Shown here one piece after another: positions 19,490 to 29,343 of a stretch of DNA of 64,000 nucleotides (the first letter of the stretch is position 1; every line of letters starts with the position of its first letter). The translations under genes and the position numbers were made by a program. The notes below the pieces were generated by a model, which worked only from the letters and a program-made list of their open reading frames with translations, was not told where the DNA came from and made no database searches. This DNA comes from a virus (taxonomy: Duplodnaviria; Caudoviricetes): the IMG/VR virus record IMGVR_UViG_3300028567_000401, positions 1 through 64,000 of that record; one strand, given 5' to 3'.

Positions 19490-21322
19490 TTAATATGTAG
19501 CTGAAGTAAGATTTTTTGTGCGAATTTTTATATCCGAATTTGGAAATCTTATTTGAAAAATCTGATTTGACTTCATATAAATTGTATTATCAGATTGTCT
19601 GATTTCTTTTGTAAAATCATCCACATATGACTGTGCGACTTCCGAAGATGAGTAACTACCGCCTATTTTATTAAAAACTCGAATATCGACTACATTAATA
19701 ACACCAATAACATTACCTATCTCTCTACTCAAATCACCAACCAATAATGGTTCTCCCATTTTTCTTTTACTAATAGCGAAAAAATCTATAATTTTTTGAA
19801 TAACAGATCTAACTACATCAACTTGATTATCGTTCTTATTAATTACTAAATCAACTTCCAAACCTAAATCGATAACTTCCCCACTTTGAATATCTATATA
19901 ATCATTTAACATTCTATAATTGGAAAGATAATTCAAAACATTATTTTTTAATGTATTCGAAACAGTATCTATTAATGCACCATTTTCATCATAAGATAAA
20001 AGTTTAATTTTAACTTTATTATCTTCTTCCATTACATTAACTTTCGCTGGCGCGCCATATGCTGCCGGCATAGTTTCAATTATAGATTTATAATCATTAA
20101 GTGTTACAGCTCTGTTTTGGGCCGAAAAATTATATGCTATCATATTTCTAATTTCTTCAATCGTAGGTATATCTGCACCGCCAACAGCTGGAGTTACATT
20201 TGTTACTCGTATTGATTGTGATACTTGAGAATTTATACTTGAATTGGGTCCATTTACAACATATTCGTAAGCATCCATTGTTGATATAACATTTATACCA
20301 ATATTTGAATCTTTGCCGCCACCAATACGATATTTAATAAATAATGTGGTATTTGTTTTAAGAATTTCACCTAAAGCTATATTATTCAAATACGATGTCA
20401 AATTAACTTGCATATTACCATTCATGTAATTATCAATATTTTCCATCAGATTTATATTACCTGAACCAAATGTTAATGAAAAATAGCCTTCTGGTGTATA
20501 TTCAGTTACAAATTTTTTAGTTACACTCACCCAATTTCCTGCTTTAAAATTATGACTATCTGATGCGGCTGTTGGATCCTCAATAAAAACTTTATCATCC
20601 ATTAATGTTTTTACTTCATACCATTTATTAATCGTAGATCTAAATTCATCAGATGTTGGATTTGAACCATAACTAGTTCCTTCTTTATGTATAACTGACG
20701 TTACTCCTAAGACATTTCTTTCAGGTAAATAAATTTTCAAAAACGGTTTTTGATCTAATTCATTAATAACTTTTCTATATATTCTTGATACTCCACTAAC
20801 TACGGGTTCTCTTTTCGTTATAGTATATGATATTAATTTATTATTTGCATCAAAATTTGGTATTTTTAATCTATTTGAATCTCCTCTACTATTAAATGGA
20901 CTAGAAAAATCAATATCTTCTACAGTTTCAAAAATTTGTCCGCCGCCCGATACTTGAGAACCCGCTCTTAATATACCTTCATATCTCTCATCATCTTTAT
21001 CTCCCCTGACAGGAACATTTATACTAAAATCGCATAAAGCAACAGATGGCCTATATCCTGGTAATCTAAGTCCATATGTTTTTGCAATATGAAATAAAGA
21101 CTGTCTCTGTTGAGCAAAATCTAACATTGTTTCTTGCCATACTCTATCAATATGAAAATGTAAATTATCGGCAATAGCAGCATTTATATCCAGTAAAACC
21201 GAATAAATTGATGCGTCATTAAAATTAGATATTAAATCTGGATAATATTGTTTAGTTAATTTTACCAGTTCTTCTCTTAAACTAGCAAAATCTCTTACTG
21301 CATATGAAATTTTTTTTGACAT
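19490..21322 (-). CDS. Baseplate wedge subunit (T4 gp6 / baseplate J-like)
   Basis: N-terminal RDFASLREEL, YRIGGG and AQNRAVTLNDY motifs typical of gp6-like wedge proteins; adjacent to a gp25-like gene. Confidence 0.8.
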   Translation of the reverse strand: MSKKISYAVRDFASLREELVKLTKQYYPDLISNFNDASIYSVLLDINAAIADNLHFHIDRVWQETMLDFAQQRQSLFHIAKTYGLRLPGYRPSVALCDFSINVPVRGDKDDERYEGILRAGSQVSGGGQIFETVEDIDFSSPFNSRGDSNRLKIPNFDANNKLISYTITKREPVVSGVSRIYRKVINELDQKPFLKIYLPERNVLGVTSVIHKEGTSYGSNPTSDEFRSTINKWYEVKTLMDDKVFIEDPTAASDSHNFKAGNWVSVTKKFVTEYTPEGYFSLTFGSGNINLMENIDNYMNGNMQVNLTSYLNNIALGEILKTNTTLFIKYRIGGGKDSNIGINVISTMDAYEYVVNGPNSSINSQVSQSIRVTNVTPAVGGADIPTIEEIRNMIAYNFSAQNRAVTLNDYKSIIETMPAAYGAPAKVNVMEEDNKVKIKLLSYDENGALIDTVSNTLKNNVLNYLSNYRMLNDYIDIQSGEVIDLGLEVDLVINKNDNQVDVVRSVIQKIIDFFAISKRKMGEPLLVGDLSREIGNVIGVINVVDIRVFNKIGGSYSSSEVAQSYVDDFTKEIRQSDNTIYMKSNQIFQIRFPNSDIKIRTKNLTSATY

Positions 21323-21340
21323 ATATTTTATTTTTTTCCA

Positions 21341-21793
21341 TTATATGTTTATAATTACAAAATCTGAAGTTGAAAATGTTCCATTATTAACTGTATAGCT
21401 TAATTTAACTCGTGCTGTATATGGTTTTGTTGTTCCATCACCAATTCTAAATAATCTTGAATCTTCTTCTTCACTAGGTGTTGGAGGAGTTTCAGGATCG
21501 TTTTCTGCCGACATTATTTCTATAGAATTTATATCCAAATTTGGAATATATTTTCTTACGCCTTCTCGTATTTCATCTTCTATATGATTATGTGAAACTG
21601 CATCATTCATTTCAAAAATATATTCATATAATCTAGTTCCAAAATCTGGTAAAAAATATCTACTACCCTTTCTACATAATAATAAATGTATAAGATCAGC
21701 TCTTACTTCTCTTTCGGGTGTTGCAGTCATTCTTAAATAATTTCCAATTGCACTATCCCTAAATGGATAATCTATACCATATGTTATACTCAT
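21341..21793 (-). CDS. Baseplate wedge protein, GPW/gp25-like
   Basis: GIDYPF...LIHLLLCRKGSRYFLPDFGTRLYEYIFE matches the gp25/GPW pattern. Confidence 0.85.
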   Translation of the reverse strand: MSITYGIDYPFRDSAIGNYLRMTATPEREVRADLIHLLLCRKGSRYFLPDFGTRLYEYIFEMNDAVSHNHIEDEIREGVRKYIPNLDINSIEIMSAENDPETPPTPSEEEDSRLFRIGDGTTKPYTARVKLSYTVNNGTFSTSDFVIINI

Positions 21794-21837
21794 TTCTTAT
21801 ATAATAGATATATTGTATAAATATTATAGAATAAAAA

Positions 21838-21863
21838 AATCGCAATAATTACTTATTGTGATT
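21838..21863 (-). terminator. Possible intrinsic terminator upstream of the gp25-like gene
   Basis: 11-bp imperfect inverted repeat (AATCGCAATAA / TTATTGTGATT) followed by a U-tract on the - strand. Confidence 0.45.
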
Positions 21864-21937
21864 CAATTTTATAAATGAAGTGCCGTAAAACCGTTCATAA
21901 AAATCTACAAAAAATATTTCGTTTTACAAAAATGTTC

Positions 21938-21968
21938 TTGTTTTTGTAAATAATTATATGTATATTTG
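21938..21968 (+). promoter_or_regulatory. Bacteroidota primary-sigma-type promoter (TTG, 20-nt spacer, TATATTTG) overlapping an inverted repeat
   Basis: TATATTTG at 21961-21968 fits the TAnnTTTG -7 consensus. Inverted repeat TTACAAAAA (21924-21932) / TTTTTGTAA (21941-21949). Confidence 0.55.
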
Positions 21969-22017
21969 CACTGTAAAAATTGACAAATTATAAATAGGTA
22001 GTTCACACTTAGAAATC

Positions 22018-22272
22018 ATGAAATATTTTACTTGGCAAGAAGAAGAAGCGTGGAATGACGGTTATAACGACAGGAAACGTGGAAGAAGACGCGATTATTC
22101 TCGCGACTGGTATTCTGATGAAGATGTTGACCAAGCATATCTTGACGGTTATCGCCAAGCCGATCGGGAAGAGCGTAGAAGACAAGAATGGGAGGAATTA
22201 GAACGATACGAGGAGGAAAGGGAGGAGCGAAGAAGGTATGTTCAGCAAAATGAACAAGAGGAATGTTTTTAA
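22018..22272 (+). CDS. Small highly charged hypothetical protein (84 aa)
   Basis: ATG start, own promoter-like motif, visibly higher GC and purine-rich coding bias; rich in E, R and D. Confidence 0.65.
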   Translation: MKYFTWQEEEAWNDGYNDRKRGRRRDYSRDWYSDEDVDQAYLDGYRQADREERRRQEWEELERYEEEREERRRYVQQNEQEECF

Positions 22273-22281
22273 ACAAATGTT

Positions 22282-22491
22282 TTAGATTAATGTTATTATG
22301 CCTGTAATTATAAAATATATTACCACCACTATAATTAATCCAATAGCCAATCTAATAGCCCCATCTTTAGCTATTTCTTTTACATTTGTAAATGGACTAA
22401 ATTTATATATTGCACTATTTTTAACTATAATTGTATAAATATATACGCCAATACAGTATAGTAATAAAAAAATTAAAATATGAATTGCCAT
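22282..22491 (-). CDS. Small membrane protein with two hydrophobic segments (69 aa)
   Basis: Two long hydrophobic runs flank a short charged loop; ATG start. Confidence 0.6.
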   Translation of the reverse strand: MAIHILIFLLLYCIGVYIYTIIVKNSAIYKFSPFTNVKEIAKDGAIRLAIGLIIVVVIYFIITGIITLI

Positions 22492-22556
22492 TTTATTATA
22501 ATTTAATTAATATAATATACTAAAAAAAAATTAAAAAACAAAATATTTATCAACAT

Positions 22557-25136
22557 TTAACCGCATTTAGAATTACCACAAGACATGCAAGTTAAGCACC
22601 CCTCTTTAAATTCTAAATGTTCACCACCACATTCAGGACATGTACCTTTACCTTTTTCACCGTCCTTAATGTATTTTTTAATAACACGAGCAACACCATT
22701 TTTCCATGTATTTATATGATCTTCTCTAAAACTTAATGAATTAACTAAATGATACACATAAGTCAACGGCATGCGTTGTCTTAAAACACCCGACACAAGT
22801 TTAGCATAATTCCAAAATTCAGGATTAAATGCCTGATTTAAACCAGTATGAACTTGTCTATCACCATTACTATCCACATATTCAATATCATATCGTTTTT
22901 TTCGGACTTTTATAAGTTTATTATTACTATCATATTCTTCTATTTCAAAAGTGTTTTTAACGACATCACATTCTTTAATTGAACTTGGTAAATATGCAAG
23001 CCCATTTTCAAGTTTACCTGTAAAAATTTCATAAGGTCTATTGTCTCGTAAACCCACAACGGCAATCCACTTTTCAAGATTATTCTGAAAACGATGCACA
23101 TCAGCTTTCAATCTTTTAGGTCGTTTTGGCACATGTATTTCACCTTGCGTATTATCTTTCTTTTCTGCTGTTATTAAAACACCGCTTCGTGAACCGTCTC
23201 GATATACTGTACATCCTTTGCATCCACTTTCCCACGCTGTTTCATAAACTTTTGCAACCAATTCTTCTGTAATATCAGTTGGAAGATTAACGGTCACCGA
23301 AATCGAATGATCAACATGTTTCTGTATGCGACCCTGCATTTCAACTTTCTTAACCCAATCCACATCATTAGCGGTTGCTTTATAATATGGTGATGTCATA
23401 ATAATTTTATTTAATTCTTCATCTGACATCGTTTTGATATGTTCTATATCATATCCATTTATTTCGAGCCAATTTTCAAACTTGTGATGAAAAACTAGAT
23501 ATTCAGTCCATGCCAGACCCTCATCGTCAACGAAATCAATACGAACATCCTTTTCTTGTGGATTAATTTTACGCCTACGTTTGTAGAAAACTTCAAATGC
23601 TGGCTCAATACCTGATGTTGTCTGAGTCATAATAGAAACACTGCCCGTTGGCGCAATGGTAAGAAGAGCAATATTTCTACGGCCATTTCTTTTCATTGCT
23701 TCGTATAAAGTCGAGTTCTTTTCTTTAATTCTTAAAATGAATGGATTATTTTCTTCACGTTTCCAATCATATATTGGGAAAGAACCGCGTTCTTTTGCCA
23801 TTATCGTTGAAGATTCATAGGCACACATTTTTAGTGTTTCATGAACCATTTCACTAAACTTTGTTGCTTCTTCAGTACCATAAATTAAGTTTAACGCAGC
23901 CAACATATCACCTTCACCAGTAACACCCAGTCCCGTTCTTCGTCCCATTCGTGTTTTTTCTTTAATTCTTTCCCATAGGCGACGCTCACATATTTTAAGA
24001 AAATCATCTTCAGGGTCAGAATCTATTTTTTCCAATATTGCATCAATTTTTTCAAGCTCAAGATCTATGATATCATCCATATATCTTTGAGCTTTCATAA
24101 CATCACTTTTAAATAAATCCCAATCAAAATATGCGTCTTCGACAAATGAATTGTTTTTATAAAACGGATTTACTACATATCCATATAGATTAAGTGCAAG
24201 CAATCTACAGCTATCATCGGCACAAAGAGGGATTTCACCGCACGGGTTGGTTGATATTGTCTCGAAACCCAAATCATCATAACAATCAGGTACACTTTCA
24301 CGAATTATATGATCCCAAAACAATATTCCTGGTTCTGCTGACTTCCATGCGTTGTGAATAATTTTTTTCCAAAGTTTTTGTGCATCAACTTCTTTTGTAT
24401 ATTTTGCTTCACCTTTTATTGGAAATTGTTGTTTGTACATTTTTCCATTCATTGCCGATTCCATAAAATCGTCATGGAGTTTAACAGAAATATTTGCACC
24501 TGTTACTTTTCCTTGTGATAATTTCGCATCAATAAAACTTTCAGAATCTGGATGTCGTATTGATATACTTTCCATTAATGCTCCTCGTCTTCCATCTTGA
24601 GCAACTTCTTTCGTAGTTGACGAAAATCTTTCCATAAATGGAACAACTCCCGTTGATGTTATTGCACTATTTTTTACAGGGCTACCTGCTGGGCGAATAA
24701 ATGATAAATCAACACCCACTCCACCCCTACGTTTTTCCAGTTGGGCAATTTCTTGATCAAGTTTTAAAATTCCGCCATAACTGTCAGAGTCGCCTTCATT
24801 TCCGATTACAAAGCAATTACTGAGTGATACAACTTGAAATTCATTACCAATGCCTGACATTGGAGATCCTTGTGGTACAATCCTATTAAATCCTTTTAAT
24901 GTTTCATATATTTCTTCTTCCGTTAAAGGATTTGGATAATTTGATTCAATTCTAGCTAGTTCTTTAGCTATTCTACGATGCATATCATCTGGCGTTAATT
25001 CATAATAATCTTGATTATCCTTTAAACAATATTTTTTAATCCATACATCAGTTGCTAATTTATCATTATTAAAATAAGTTAATGTTGATTTATATACATC
25101 TTCTTTAGTATATTTTGTGTAATTTTCTGTTTCCAT
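22557..25136 (-). CDS. nrdJ: Adenosylcobalamin-dependent (class II) ribonucleotide reductase
   Basis: SLSNCFV and TNPCGEIPL catalytic motifs, RRTGLG, IAPTGSVS and a C-terminal CPECG...CMSCG zinc ribbon. No nrdB-like gene in the window. Confidence 0.85.
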   Translation of the reverse strand: METENYTKYTKEDVYKSTLTYFNNDKLATDVWIKKYCLKDNQDYYELTPDDMHRRIAKELARIESNYPNPLTEEEIYETLKGFNRIVPQGSPMSGIGNEFQVVSLSNCFVIGNEGDSDSYGGILKLDQEIAQLEKRRGGVGVDLSFIRPAGSPVKNSAITSTGVVPFMERFSSTTKEVAQDGRRGALMESISIRHPDSESFIDAKLSQGKVTGANISVKLHDDFMESAMNGKMYKQQFPIKGEAKYTKEVDAQKLWKKIIHNAWKSAEPGILFWDHIIRESVPDCYDDLGFETISTNPCGEIPLCADDSCRLLALNLYGYVVNPFYKNNSFVEDAYFDWDLFKSDVMKAQRYMDDIIDLELEKIDAILEKIDSDPEDDFLKICERRLWERIKEKTRMGRRTGLGVTGEGDMLAALNLIYGTEEATKFSEMVHETLKMCAYESSTIMAKERGSFPIYDWKREENNPFILRIKEKNSTLYEAMKRNGRRNIALLTIAPTGSVSIMTQTTSGIEPAFEVFYKRRRKINPQEKDVRIDFVDDEGLAWTEYLVFHHKFENWLEINGYDIEHIKTMSDEELNKIIMTSPYYKATANDVDWVKKVEMQGRIQKHVDHSISVTVNLPTDITEELVAKVYETAWESGCKGCTVYRDGSRSGVLITAEKKDNTQGEIHVPKRPKRLKADVHRFQNNLEKWIAVVGLRDNRPYEIFTGKLENGLAYLPSSIKECDVVKNTFEIEEYDSNNKLIKVRKKRYDIEYVDSNGDRQVHTGLNQAFNPEFWNYAKLVSGVLRQRMPLTYVYHLVNSLSFREDHINTWKNGVARVIKKYIKDGEKGKGTCPECGGEHLEFKEGCLTCMSCGNSKCG

Positions 25137-25157
25137 ATATTATTTGTTTTAATAATA

Positions 25158-27833
25158 TTATGCATTTTTAGATGCTTGAACTTTTTGTTTTCTCATTTTA
25201 TATACTTCTGAAGCCCTATTAATGCTAGTTGCGTTTTTAGATGTTAAAATGATATTATCGTTTTTTATATCTATAGTTTCTAAATTAATATTTGAAATGC
25301 TTTGATTAGTTTGCTCTAAATTTTGAAGTTGATTTAATGTTTCTTCTTTTTCTGTTATTGTCTTGCATATAGCAGCTTCTATTTCTAATTGTGTGTCTTT
25401 ATGTTCTTCTTTTTTAGATTTAATTTCATTTCTTATCTTACTTTCTCTTTCTAATCTTTCTCTATAAACATCAGCTGCATGTTGTTTTCTATATAAAGAT
25501 CTTTCTTCTTCATGCCCTAATAACGTATTTTGTGATTCTGTATCAAATTTAAGATATTCATTATCAAATATACAATTCTGAAATACTACTCCATCTTTTC
25601 CAATACGGCTCTTAAGTAATGTAATATTTGCCAAATTATTTTCTTTTTGAGATAAACTTTTTGCAATTGAAATAACAACATGCCCCACTTGTGCCTTTTT
25701 AATTGATCCACCCATTTGATCCGTTGTTACTATATCAGAATTTATACTCTCACGATTACCTTGAGTAGCTGTCCATACTGCTATATTAAATTCATCACCC
25801 ATACCTTCCAGACTTCTCATAATTGTGCCCTCACCTTTCCATTCTTCACCTTCAATTGTTCTTTCCATAGAAATACAATCAACGTAATCTAATACCAACA
25901 TATCAATTTTTACATTTTGTGATTCTAGTTTTCTTAACCTATTTCTTATATCTGAAATTGAAACTCCAAAAGGTGGTAATTTTAATATTAAAAGACGATT
26001 TTTACGATCTTTTGTAATTTTTTCTACTAATGATATAACATCATCTTGTTTAGACAATTGATCATCACTTGAAATTTCCGTCCATATCGTATAATGTTTT
26101 TTGCGAATTTCTTTTATATTGTCTTCAAACACTACATGTAAAACTGTAGCACCATAATTATATGCCGAATTAGCAAATTTTGTTAGTATTGTTGTATTAT
26201 GAGTTAAAACATAATCTCTAGTAACATAAAGCTGGTCTTCATTTGAAACTTTTATACATAGTGCCTCTTCATCATGTGAGTATTTTATTGATTTAACATA
26301 TTTTTGCTTAAAATATCTAGCCTTTGTTCGATAACTATTAATTTTATTTAATAATCTAAATGGTATTATATTATTATCAAATGAAAATGTTAAAATATAT
26401 GATAATTTTCTGTTTTTCTGAGTTTTAGTATTTATTTTTATTATTCCTCCTAATGATAAAACTATTTCACGAATATTTTCAGATAAATCTTTTGATATTG
26501 TGGAAATTTGAAGAGTTCCATTTTTATTTATATGACCATCAATATCCATTAATCCTTGCAATACTGATAATCTAACATCAATTGAATTGTATATATATTC
26601 TTTTGGTATAAATTTATTATTCGATATTTTATCTAATAAATTATATATTTTTAATTTTTCTATTATGGATTTTAACGATAATTTATGTGTTATTTGAACA
26701 TCACTTTTATAATGTTGATTAAAAGATATTTGTTCGTCTAAATGTTTTATATTTTCAAATATTTCATCATCTTTTATCGATACATTTATGTCTGAACTAT
26801 ATGATAAACACTTATTACTCAATATTATACCAAGAAGATAAGGATCAATTAGCACCATATGATTTTCAAATTGTATTGGCTTAACAATAGGTAATTTATA
26901 ATTATATCGGCTGCCCTTCTTAATATCTGACATCATATCAGATGTGCTAACTATTTTATAACTATAATTTGGATTTTTATCATTAGTATTATTTACTCTC
27001 CTATTCAATGTGCTAACAACCCAAAGATGATCTAACCCGCAATTAACAAATGTTTTATCAGTGAATTCAACTTTATATATTGGTTTAACTCCTTGTGGAT
27101 AAACACCAAGAACATATTGTTTTTTTCCATCAGAACCAATAATTTCATCACCTATTTTTAGCTCACCATTTTTTACCCATCCTTTTGGAGTAAGTACCGG
27201 CTCAGATATTGGTAACTCTTTTCCAATGCCTGTTGGTGCCAATACTATACCTAATTCACCTTTACTAATACCACCTTTAAGAAGAGCATCAAGACCATCA
27301 ATTCCTGTTGGATATGGTATTCTAGCCTCTTTTTGTAAAGATTCTAAAATATTATCAGTAATGTCTTCTATATCTTCTGTTGATATTCCGGTTTGTAATG
27401 CCTTAGTTATGATATTTTCAATCCTATCATATTCTTCAAATGCACCATTACGAATAATTTCTTCTGATTCTTTTAGAGCCTTTTTAACAACCTGTTGTCT
27501 ACAAAACTTAAGTGATGTATCTTTAATATATTTATCATCTTCTAAATAATACTCTTTAATAGATTTTAATGTATCCAGATGAACTTTAAGATTAACACTA
27601 TCAGTATTTTCTACAAGTATTTTTTGCTGTAATGTATCATAATTTGGAATTACTTTATATAAATCATATAATTCCTTAATATTTGTCATGAGATACCTAA
27701 AATATGGACCATCAAAATATTTACTATCTATGACATCAATAATTGTTATTGCAAATTTTTTATCTTCTATAATGGTTTTTAGTAATCCTTGTTGAAATGA
27801 AATACCTAATTGGCCAAAATTTTTATCACTCAT
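25158..27833 (-). CDS. dnaB: Replicative DnaB-like helicase interrupted by an intein in Walker A (about 550 aa after splicing)
   Basis: LKGGISKGELGIVLAPTGIGK|TT P-loop, LVLDYVD, VWTATQGNR and KSRIGKDG motifs. Confidence 0.9.
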   Translation of the reverse strand: MSDKNFGQLGISFQQGLLKTIIEDKKFAITIIDVIDSKYFDGPYFRYLMTNIKELYDLYKVIPNYDTLQQKILVENTDSVNLKVHLDTLKSIKEYYLEDDKYIKDTSLKFCRQQVVKKALKESEEIIRNGAFEEYDRIENIITKALQTGISTEDIEDITDNILESLQKEARIPYPTGIDGLDALLKGGISKGELGIVLAPTGIGKELPISEPVLTPKGWVKNGELKIGDEIIGSDGKKQYVLGVYPQGVKPIYKVEFTDKTFVNCGLDHLWVVSTLNRRVNNTNDKNPNYSYKIVSTSDMMSDIKKGSRYNYKLPIVKPIQFENHMVLIDPYLLGIILSNKCLSYSSDINVSIKDDEIFENIKHLDEQISFNQHYKSDVQITHKLSLKSIIEKLKIYNLLDKISNNKFIPKEYIYNSIDVRLSVLQGLMDIDGHINKNGTLQISTISKDLSENIREIVLSLGGIIKINTKTQKNRKLSYILTFSFDNNIIPFRLLNKINSYRTKARYFKQKYVKSIKYSHDEEALCIKVSNEDQLYVTRDYVLTHNTTILTKFANSAYNYGATVLHVVFEDNIKEIRKKHYTIWTEISSDDQLSKQDDVISLVEKITKDRKNRLLILKLPPFGVSISDIRNRLRKLESQNVKIDMLVLDYVDCISMERTIEGEEWKGEGTIMRSLEGMGDEFNIAVWTATQGNRESINSDIVTTDQMGGSIKKAQVGHVVISIAKSLSQKENNLANITLLKSRIGKDGVVFQNCIFDNEYLKFDTESQNTLLGHEEERSLYRKQHAADVYRERLERESKIRNEIKSKKEEHKDTQLEIEAAICKTITEKEETLNQLQNLEQTNQSISNINLETIDIKNDNIILTSKNATSINRASEVYKMRKQKVQASKNA
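26196..27218 (-). mobile_element. 341-aa class 3 (WCT-motif) intein with a LAGLIDADG-type endonuclease region
   Basis: Begins ELPISEPVLTP directly after the P-loop GK and ends YVLTHN before Thr+1. Block B DHLW, block F ALCIKV, block G THN. LQGLMDIDG LAGLIDADG motif. Confidence 0.9.
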
Positions 27834-27858
27834 ACCTACCTATTCCTTCAATTTTAAT

Positions 27859-28305
27859 TTATCCTAGTTCATATTCTAGATATGTTTTGGTTAAATTTTT
27901 AGCAGAAAGTACATCACTCAATTCTGCTAAAATTTTTCTTACTTTAGGTCTAATGTCTACCGCATATCTCACTTTTGGATGAAATATGTGTGCTGGAAAT
28001 ATTCTAGAAATAAATACTTCTTCATTATGTTTTATTTGTAATAAAAAATACTCTTCTTTAATTTCAATTGATTCATTTTCGTCAAATAAATCAAAGTAAT
28101 AGTCCTCATTTTCACACATATATTCAATTGTCTTTGTCTTTAATTCTTTTGAAATTTCATCACATATATTTGTTACACAATAATATAAATCTAAAGAATT
28201 TTTCGACTCTGGATTATAATTCATTACGTTAAAAAATCTTTGTATAACAATATTTTTTTCTAACGTTAATATAAATTCGAATTTAGTGATTTCTTGATTT
28301 TGCAT
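27859..28305 (-). CDS. Hypothetical protein in the replication cluster
   Basis: 148-aa ATG ORF tightly packed between the exonuclease and helicase genes. Confidence 0.75.
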   Translation of the reverse strand: MQNQEITKFEFILTLEKNIVIQRFFNVMNYNPESKNSLDLYYCVTNICDEISKELKTKTIEYMCENEDYYFDLFDENESIEIKEEYFLLQIKHNEEVFISRIFPAHIFHPKVRYAVDIRPKVRKILAELSDVLSAKNLTKTYLEYELG

Positions 28306-28310
28306 AATTA

Positions 28311-29324
28311 TTATTTTTTAAAGTTTATATATCGTCTATTTTTTTCTTTTCGAGTTAATCTAAGAAATGGATTTAAAAATTTTATCCAAGCATCATCTGA
28401 TTTCGGAAGTACATTAAATATACCATCATCTATCATCATTTTCATGGTATTTTTATATGATCTTCCTTCAGGATCTAATGTTTCATTTATCAATTTAATT
28501 ATATCTTCCTTAGCCTCTTCAGTTAAAATTGGATTTTCTAGATTTACTATTTTATTATTAATTTCATAAAATTCTTCACCAAAAACACCGTACCTTGTTA
28601 CTCCTGTTAATAAGTTTTGTATAAGTTTATTATCTTTATCTTGTTCAAAAAGAAAATTGGCTTTATGTTTAATGTAATCAAGAGTAAGTGGTTGTGTTAA
28701 TATTTCAGGAAAAAGAACCTTAAGTTTTTTAACACCTAAATTTCGTATTCCTGCTATATCATCTGAATGATCACCACACAACATTTTAACTAATTTGATA
28801 TTTTCAATAAGAAATTCTTCATAATTATACAAAAAAACATCTTTTGGCTTATAAAGTTTTTTGTGTGAAGGATTATATAAATGTGTATCTTTAGAAACAA
28901 GTTGCGTTAAATCACCATCTGATGAAAATATAATCTTTTTTTCATTTGGAGAATTTTGTACATAATATGCTATACAATCATCAGTTTCACAATACATATA
29001 TTCTCCTTGCCTGACATATACTTCTTCAAGATATTGTTTTATTCTATTTCTTTGGTAATTATATGAACTAATTTCTGATTCGGTCTTTAATCTCGATTTT
29101 CTATTTTCTTTATAACGACTATATATTTTTTTTCTTAATAATGATCCGTCTTCACCATCCCAAAATACACAAATTTTATCAAGATGATAATTTTCAAACA
29201 ATATTCGAAGTGCATTTAAAAAATGGTATATACCACCAATATGCTCACCTTTATAAAAATAATTTTTTACACCATAAAACCCAATAGTGAGCAAATTATC
29301 ACCATCAACAACCAAAGTTGTCAT
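28311..29324 (-). CDS. 5'-3' exonuclease / flap endonuclease (T4 RNase H, PolA N-terminal-like)
   Basis: VVDGDNLL, ETDDCIA, SSDGDLTQL and GDHSDDIAGIRNLG acidic metal-binding and H3TH motifs. Confidence 0.9.
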   Translation of the reverse strand: MTTLVVDGDNLLTIGFYGVKNYFYKGEHIGGIYHFLNALRILFENYHLDKICVFWDGEDGSLLRKKIYSRYKENRKSRLKTESEISSYNYQRNRIKQYLEEVYVRQGEYMYCETDDCIAYYVQNSPNEKKIIFSSDGDLTQLVSKDTHLYNPSHKKLYKPKDVFLYNYEEFLIENIKLVKMLCGDHSDDIAGIRNLGVKKLKVLFPEILTQPLTLDYIKHKANFLFEQDKDNKLIQNLLTGVTRYGVFGEEFYEINNKIVNLENPILTEEAKEDIIKLINETLDPEGRSYKNTMKMMIDDGIFNVLPKSDDAWIKFLNPFLRLTRKEKNRRYINFKK

Positions 29325-29343
29325 TATATCCCAATTTTTATTA

